A DNA stretch of 64,000 bases from the human T2T-CHM13v2.0 reference genome, Homo sapiens. The notes under the pieces were generated by a model that saw only the letters and a list, made by a program, of their open reading frames with translations, searched no databases and had not been told where the DNA came from. Where the stretch lies: the NCBI RefSeq assembly GCF_009914755.1, contig NC_060925.1. One strand, written 5' to 3'. The position numbers and the translations under genes are program-made. Shown here piece by piece: positions 52,101 through 61,000 of this stretch; position 1 is the first letter of the stretch, and every line of letters begins with the position of its first letter.

Positions 52101-55060
52101 TGGAAACGGCATTTCTTCATATTATGTTAGACAGAAGAATTCTCAGTAACTTTCTTGTGTTGTGTGTATTCAACTGACAGAGTTGAACTTTCATTTAGAG
52201 AGAGCAGATTTGAAACACTGTTTTTGTGGAATTTGCAAGTGGAGATTTCAAGCGCTTTGGGGCCAAAGGCAGAAAACGAAATATCTTCGTATAAAAACTA
52301 GACAGAATCATTCTCAGAAACTGCTGCGTGATGTGTGCGTTCAACTCTCAGAGTTTAACTTTTCTTTTCATTCAGCGGTTTGGAAACACTCTGTTTGTAA
52401 AGTCTGCACGTGGATATTTTGACCACTTAGAGGCCTTCGTTGGAAACGGGTTTTTTTCATGTAAGGCTAGACAGAAGAATTCCCAGTAACTTCCTTGTGT
52501 TGTGTGCATTCAACTCACAGAGTTGAACGTTCCCTTAGACAGAGCAGATTTGAAACACTCTATTTGTGCAATTTGCAAGTGTAGATTTCAAGCGCTTTAA
52601 GGTCAATGGCAGAAAAGGAAATATCTTCGTTTCAAAACTAGACAGAATCATTCCCACAAACTGCGTTGTAATGTGTGCGTTCAACTCACAGAGTTTAACC
52701 TTTCTTTTCATAGAGCAGTTAGGAAACACTCTGTTTGTAAAGTCTGCAAGTGGATATTCAGACCTCTTTGAGGCCTTCGTTGGAAACGGGATTTCTTCAT
52801 ATTCTGCTAGACAGAAGAATTCTCAGTAACTTCCTTGTGTTGTGTGTATTCAACTCACAGAGTTGAACGATCCTTTACAAAGAGCAGACTTGAAACACTC
52901 TTTCTGTGGAATTTGCAATTGGAGATTTCAGCCGCTTTGAGGACAATGGTAGAATAGGAAATATCTTCCTATAGAAACTAGACAGAATGATTCTCAGAAA
53001 CTCCTTTGTGATGTGTGCGTTCAACTCACAGAGTTTAACCTTTCTTTTCATAGAGCAGTTAGGAAACACTCTGTTTGTAAAGTCTGCTAGTGGATATTCA
53101 GACCTCTTTGAGGCCTTCGTTGGAAACGGGATTTCTTCGTATTCTGCTAGACAGAAGAATTCTCAGTAACTTCCTTGTGTTGTGTGTATTCAACTCACAG
53201 AGTTGAACGATCCTTTACACAGAGCAGACTTGAAACACTCTTTTTGTGGAATTTGCAAGTGGAGATTTCAGCCGCTTTGAGGTCAATAGTAGAAAAGGAA
53301 ATATCTTCGTAGAAAAACTAGACAGAATGATTCTCAGAAACTCCTTTGTGATGTGTGTGTTCAACTCACAGAGTTTAACCTTTCTTTTCATAGAGCAGTT
53401 AGTAAACACTCTATTTATAAAGTCTGCAAGTGGATATTCAGACCCCTTTGAGGCCTTCGTTGGAAACGGGATTTCTTCATATTATGCTAGACAGAAGAAT
53501 TCTCAGTAACTTCCTTGTGTTGTGTGTATTCAACTGACAGAGTTGAACTTTCATTTAGAGAGAGCAGATTTGAAACACTGTTTTTGTGGAATTTGCAAGT
53601 GGAGATTTCAAGCGCTTTGGGGCCAAAGGCAGAAAAGGAAATATCTTCGTATAAAAACTAGAGAGAATCATTCTCAGAAACTGCTGCGTGATGTGTGCGT
53701 TCAACTCTCAGAGTTTAACTTTCCTTTTCATTCAGCGGTTTGGAAACACTCTGTTTGTAAAGTCTGCACGTGGATATTTTGACCACTTAGAGGCCTTCGT
53801 TGGAAACGGGTTTTTTTCATGTAAGGCTAGACAGAAGAATTCCCAGTAACTTCCTTGTGTTGTGTGCATTCAACTCACACAGTTGAACGTTCCCTTAGAC
53901 AGAGCAGATTTGAAACACTCTATTTGTGCAATTTGCAAGTGTAGATTTCAAGCGCTTTAAGGTCAATGGCAGAAAAGGAAATATCTTCGTTTCAAAACTA
54001 GACAGAATCATTCCCACAAACTGCGTTGTGATGTGTTCGTTCAACTCACAGAGTTTAACCTTTCTGTTCATAGAGCGGTTAGGAAACACTCTGTTTGTAA
54101 AGTCTGTAAGTGGATATTCTGACATCTTGTGGCCTTCGTTGGAAACGGGATTTCTTCATATTCTGCTAGACAGAAGAATTCTCAGTAACTTCCTTGTGTT
54201 GTGTGTATTCAACTCACAGAGTTGAACGATCCTTTACACAGAGCAGACTTGAAACACTCTTTTTGTGGAATTTGCAAGTGGAGATTTCAGCCGCATTGAG
54301 GTCAATGGTAGAAAAGGAAATATCTTCATATAAAGACTAGACAGAATGATTCTCAGAAACTCCTTTGTGATGTGTGCGTTCAACTCACAGAGGTTAACCT
54401 TTCTTTTCATAGAGCACTTAGGAAACACTCTGTTTGTAAAGTCTGCAAGTGGATATTCAGACCTCCTTGAGGCCTTCGTTGGAAACGGGATTTCTTCATA
54501 TTCTGCTAGACAGAAGAATTCCCAGTAACTTCCTTGTGTTGTGTGCATTCAACTCACAGAGTTGAACGATCCTTTACAGAGAGCAGACTTGAAACACTCT
54601 TTTTGTGGAATTTGCAAGTGGAGATTTCAGCCGCTTTGAGGTCAATGGTAGAATGGGAAATATCTTCCTATAGAAACTAGACAGAATGATTCTCATAAAC
54701 TCCTTTCTGATGTGTGCGTTCAACTCACAGAGTTTAACCTTTCTTTTCATAGAGCAGTTAGGAAACACTCTGTTTGTAAAGTCTGCAAGTGGATATTCAG
54801 ACCTCTTTGAGGCCTTCGTTGGAAACGGGATTTCTTCATATTCTGCTAGACAGAAGAATTCTCAGTAACTTCCTTGTGTTGTGTGTATTCAACTCACAGA
54901 GTTGAACGATCCTTTACACAGAGCAGACTTGAAACACTCTTTTTGTGGAATTTGCAAGTGGAGATTTCAGCGGCTTTGAGGTCAATAGTAGAAAAGGAAA
55001 TATCTTCGTAGAAAAACTAGACAGAATGATTCTCAGAAACTCCTTTGTGATGTGTGTGTT
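28550..55060 (+). repeat. 14,275-bp tandem duplication (~28550-42824 and ~42825-55060); second copy lacks 2,039 bp
   Basis: Variants seen only in the two copies, at exactly +14,275: gatattcCga (29308/43583), 1-bp deletion ctttcctaga (33331/47606), caattgtaga (~37313/51588) and ccgcAttg (40020/54295). After 54568 the offset becomes 12,236 (gaatGggaa 42419/54655). Confidence 0.92.
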
Positions 55061-58000
55061 CAACTCACAGAGTTTAACCTTTCTTTTCATAGAGCAGTTA
55101 GTAAACACTCTGTTTATAAAGTCTGCAAGTGGATATTCAGACCCCTTTGAGGCCTTCGTTGGAAACGGGATTTCTTCATATTATGCTAGACAGAAGAATT
55201 CTCAGTAACTTCCTTGTGTTGTGTGTATTCAACTGACAGAGTTGAACTTTCATTTAGAGAGAGCAGATTTGAAACACTGTTTTTGTGGAATTTGCAAGTG
55301 GAGATTTCAAGCGCTTTGGGGCCAAAGGCAGAAAACGAAATATCTTCGTATAAAAAGTAGACAGAATCATTCTCAGAAACTGCTGCGTGATGTGTGCGTT
55401 CAACTCTCAGACTTTAACTTTTCTTTTCATTCAGCGGTTTGGAAACACTGTGTTTGTAAAGTCTGCACGTGGATATTTTGACCACTTAGAGGCCTTCGTT
55501 GGAAACGGGTTTTTTTCATGTAAGGATAGACAGAAGAATTCCCAGTAACTTCCTTGTGTTGTGTGCATTGAACTCACAGAGTTGAACGTTCCCTTAGACA
55601 GAGCAGATTTGAAACACTCTATTTGTGCAATTTGCAAGTGTAGATTTCAAGCGCTTTAAGGTCAATGGCAGAAAAGGAAATATCTTCGTTTCAAAACTAG
55701 ACAGAATCATTCCCACAAACTGCTTTGTGATGTGTTCGTTCAACTCACAGAGTTTAACCTTTCTGTTCATAGAGCAGTTAGGAAACACTCTGTTTGTAAA
55801 GTCTGTAAGTGGATATTGTGACATCTTGTGGCCTTCGTTGGAAACGGGATTTCTTCATATTCTGCTAGACAGAAGAATTCTCAGTAACTTCCTTGTGTTG
55901 TGTGTATTCATCTCACAGAGTTGAACGATCCTTTACACAGAGCAGACTTGAAACACTCTTTTTGTGGAATTTGCAAGTGGAGATTTCAGCCGCTTTGAGG
56001 TCAATGGTAGAAAAGGAAATATCTTCGTATAAAGACTAGACAGAATGATTCTCAGAAACTCCTTTGTGATGTGTGCGTTCAACTCACAGAGTTTAACTTT
56101 TCTTTTCATAGAGCAGTTAGGAAACACTCTGTTTGTAAAGTCTGCAAGTGGATATTCAGACCTCTTTGAGGCCTTCGTTGGAAACGGGATTTCTTCATAT
56201 TCTGCTAGACAGAATAATTCTCAGTAACTTCCTTGTGTTGTGTGTATTCAACTCACAGAGTTGAATGATCCTTTACAGAGAGCAGACTTGAAACATTCTT
56301 TTTGTGGAATTTGCAAGTGGAGATTTCAGCCGCTTTGAGGTCAATGGTAGAAAAGGAAATATCTTCGTATAAAGACTAGACAGAATGATTCTCAGAAACT
56401 CCTTTGTGATGTGTGCGTTCAACTCACAGAGTTTAACTTTTCTTTTCATGGAGCAGTTAGGAAACACTCTGTTTGTAAAGTCTGCAAGTGGATGTTCTGA
56501 CCTCTTTGAGGCCTTCGTTGGAAACGGGATTTCTTCGTATTCTGCTAGACAGAAGAATTCTCAGTAACTTCCTTGTGTTGTGTGTATTCAACTCACAGAG
56601 TTGAAAGATCCTTTACAGAGAGCAGACTTGAAACACTCTTTTTGTGGAATTTGCAAGTGGAGATTTCAGCCGCTTTGAGGTCAATGGTAGAATAGGAAAT
56701 ATCTTCCTATAGAAACTAGACAGAATGATTCTCAGAAAATCCTTTGTGATGTGTGCGTTCAACTCACAGAGTTTAACCTTTCTTTTCATAGAGCAGTTAG
56801 GAAACACTCTGTTTGTAAAGTCTGCAAGTGGATATTCAGACCTCTTTGAGGCCTTCGTTGGAAACGGGATTTCTTCATATTCTGCTAGACAGAAGAATTC
56901 TCAGTAACTTCCTTGTGTTGTGTGTATTCAACTCACAGAGTTGAACGATCCTTTACACAGAGCAGACTTGAAACACTCTTTTTGTGGAATTTGCAAGTGG
57001 AGATTTCAGCCGCTTTGAGGTCAATAGTAGAAAAGGAAATATCTTTACAGAAAAACTAGACAGAATGATTCTCAGAAACTCCTTTGTGATGTGTGTGTTC
57101 AACTCACAGAGTTTAACCTTTCTTTTCATAGAGCAGTTAGTAAACACTCTGTTTATAAAGTCTGCAAGTGGATATTCAGACCCCTTTGAGGCCTTCGTTG
57201 GAAACGGCATTTCTTCATATTATGCTAGACAGAAGAATTCTCAGTAACTTCCTTGTGTTGTGTGTATTCAACTGACAGAGTTGAACTTTCATTTAGAGAG
57301 AGCAGATTTGAAACACTGTTTTTGTGGAATTTGCAAGTGGAGATTTCAAGCGCTTTGGGGCCAAAGGCAGAAAACGAAATATCTTCGTATAAAAACTAGA
57401 CAGAATCATTCTCAGAAACTGCTGCGTGATGTGTGCGTTCAACTCTCAGAGTTTAACTTTTCTTTTCATTCAGCGGTTTGGAAACACTCTGTTTGTAAAG
57501 TCTGCACGTGGATATTTTGACCACTTAGAGGCCTTCGTTGGAAACGGGTTTTTTTCATGTAAGGCTAGACAGAAGAATTCCCAGTAACTTCCTTGTGTTG
57601 TGTGCATTCAACTCACAGAGTTGAACGTTCCCTTAGACAGAGCAGATTTGAAACACTCTATTTGTGCAATTTGCAAGTGTAGATTTCAAGCGCTTTAAGG
57701 TCAATGGCAGAAAAGGAAATATCTTCGTTTCAAAACTAGACAGAATCATTCCCACAAACTGCGTTGTAATGTGTGCGTTCAACTCACAGAGTTTAACCTT
57801 TCTTTTCATAGAGCAGTTAGGAAACACTCTGTTTGTAAAGTCTGCAAGTGGATATTCAGACCTCTTTGAGGCCTTCGTTGGAAACGGGATTTCTTCATAT
57901 TCTGCTAGACAGAAGAATTCTCAGTAACTTCCTTGTGTTGTGTGTATTCAACTCACAGAGTTGAACGATCCTTTACAAAGAGCAGACTTGAAACACTCTT

Positions 58001-61000
58001 TTTGTGGAATTTGCAATTGGAGATTTCAGCCGCTTTGAGGACAATGGTAGAATAGGAAATATCTTCCTATAGAAACTAGACGGAATGATTCTCAGAAACT
58101 CCTTTGTGATGTGTGCGTTCAACTCACAGAGTTTAACTTTTCTTTTCATAGAGCAGTTAGGAAACACTCTGTTTGTAAAGTCTGCAAGTGGATATTCAGA
58201 CCTCTTTGAGGCCTTCGTTGGAAACGGGATTTCTTCATATTCTGCTAGACAGAAGAATTCTCAGTAACTTCCTTGTGTTGTGTGTATTCAACTCACAGAG
58301 TTGAACGATCCTTTACACAGAGCAGACTTGAAACACTCTTTTTGTGGAATTTGCAAGTGGAGATTTCAGCGGCTTTGAGGTCAATAGTAGAAAAGGAAAT
58401 ATCTTCGTAGAAAAACTAGTCAGAATGATTCTCAGAAACTCCTTTGTGATGTGTGTGTTCAACTCACAGAGTTTAACCTTTCTTTTCATAGAGCAGTTAG
58501 TAAACACTCTGTTTATAAAGTCTGCAAGTGGATATTCAGAACCCTTTGAGGCCTTCGTTGGAAACGGGATTTCTTCATATTATGCTAGACAGAAGAATTC
58601 TCAGTAACTTCCTTGTGTTGTGTTTATTCAACTGACAGAGTTGAACTTTCATTTAGAGAGAGCAGATTTGAAACACTGTTTTTGTGGAATTTGCAAGTGG
58701 AGATTTCAAGCGCTTTGGGGCCAAAGGCAGAAAAGGAAATATCTTCGTATAAAAACTAGACAGAATCATTCTCAGAAACTGCTGCGTGATGTGTGCGTTC
58801 AACTCTCAGAGTTTAACTTTTCTTTTCATTCAGCGGTTTGGAAACACTCTGTTTGTAAAGTCTGCACGTGGATATTTTGACCACTTAGAGGCCTTCGTTG
58901 GAAACGGGTTTTTTTCATGTAAGGCTAGACAGAAGAATTCCCAGTAACTTCCTTGTGTTGTGTGCATTCAACTCACAGAGTTGAACGATCCTTTACACAG
59001 AGCAGACTTGAAACACTCTTTTTGTGGAATTTGCAAGTGGAGATTTCAGCCGCTTTGAGGTCAATGGTAGAATAGGAAATATCTTCCTATAGAAACTAGA
59101 CAGAATGATTATCATAAACTCCTTTGTGATGTGTGCGTTCAACTCACAGAGTTTAACCTTTCTTTTCATAGAGCAGTTAGGAAACACTCTGTTTGTAAAG
59201 TCTGCAAGTGGATATTCAGACCTCTTTGAGGCCTTCGTTGGAAACGGGATTTCTTCATATTCTGCTAGACAGAAGAATTCTCAGTAACTTCCTTGTGTTG
59301 TGTGTATTCAACTCACAGAGTTGAACGATCCTTTACACAGAGCAGACTTGAAACACTCTTTTTGTGGAATTTGCAAGTGGAGATTTCAGCCGCTTTGAGG
59401 TCAATAGTAGAAAAGGAAATATCTTCGAAGAAAAACTAGACAGAATGATTCTCAGAAACTCCTTTGTGATGTGTGTGTTCAACTCACAGAGTTTAACCTT
59501 TCTTTTCATAGAGCAGTTACTAAACACTCTGTTTATAAAGTCTGCAAGTGGATATTCAGACCCCTTTGAGGCCTTCGTTGGAAACGGGATTTCTTCATAT
59601 TATGCTAGACAGAAGAATTCTCAGTAACTTCCTTGTGTTGTGTTTATTCAACTGACAGAGTTGAACTTTCATTTAGAGAGAGCAGATTTGAAACACTGTT
59701 TTTGTGGAATTTGCAAGTGGAGATTTCAAGCACTTTGGGGCCAAAGGCAGAAAAGGAAATATCTTCGTATAAAAACTAGACAGAATCATTCTCAGAAACT
59801 GCTGCGTGATGTGTGCGTTCAACACTCAGAGTTTAACTTTTCTTTTCATTCAGCGGTTTGGAAACACTCTGTTTGTAAAGTCTGCACGTGGATATTTTGA
59901 CCACTTAGAGGCCTTCGTTGGAAACGGGTTTTTTGCATGTAAGGCTAGACAGAAGAATTCCCAGTAACTTCCTTGTGTTGTGTGCATTCAACTCACAGAG
60001 TTGAACGTTCCCTTAGACAGAGCAGATTTGAAACACTCTATTTGTGCAATTGGCAAGTGTAGATTTCAAGCGCTTTAAGGTCAATGGCAGAAAAGGAAAT
60101 ATCGTCGTTACAAAACTAGACAGAATCATTCCCACAAACTGCGTTGTGATGTGTTCGTTCAACTCACAGAGTTTAACCTTTCTGTTCATAGAGCAGTTAG
60201 GAAACACTCTGTTTGTAAAGTCTGTAAGTGGATATTCTGACATCTTGTGGCCTTCGTTGGAAACGGGATTTCTTCATATTCTGCTAGACAGAAGAATTCT
60301 CAGTAACTTCCTTGTGTTGTGTGTATTCAACTCACAGAGTTGAACGATCCTTTACACAGAGCAGACTTGAAACACTCTTTTTGTGGAATTTCAAGTGGAG
60401 ATTTCAGCCGCTTTGAGGTCAATGGTAGAAAAGGAAATATCTTCGTATAAAGACTAGACAGAATGATTCTCAGAAACTCCTTTGTGATGTGTGCGTTCAA
60501 CTCACAGAGTTTAACCTTTCTTTTCATAGAGCAGTTAGGAAACACTCTGTTTGTAAAGTCTGCAAGTGGATATTCAGACCTCCTTGAGGCCTTCTTTGGA
60601 AACGGGATTTCTTCATATTCTGCTAGACAGAAGAATTCTCAGTAACTTCCTTGTGTTGTGTGTATTCAACTCACAGAGTTGAACGATCCTTTACACAGAG
60701 CAGACTTGAAACACTCTTTTTGTGGAATTTGCAAGTGGAGATTTCAGCCGCTTTGAGGTCAATGGTAGAAAAGGAAATATCTTCGTATAAAGACTAGATA
60801 GAATGATTCTCAGAAACTCCTTTGTGATGTGTGCGTTCAACTCACAGAGTTTAACTTTTCTTTTAATAGAGCAGTTAGGAAACACTCTGTTTGTAATGTC
60901 TGCATGTGGATATTCAGACCTCTTTGAGGCCTTCGTTGGAAACGGGATTTCTTCGTATTCTGCTAGACAGAAGAATTCTCAGTAACTTCCTTGTGTTGTG

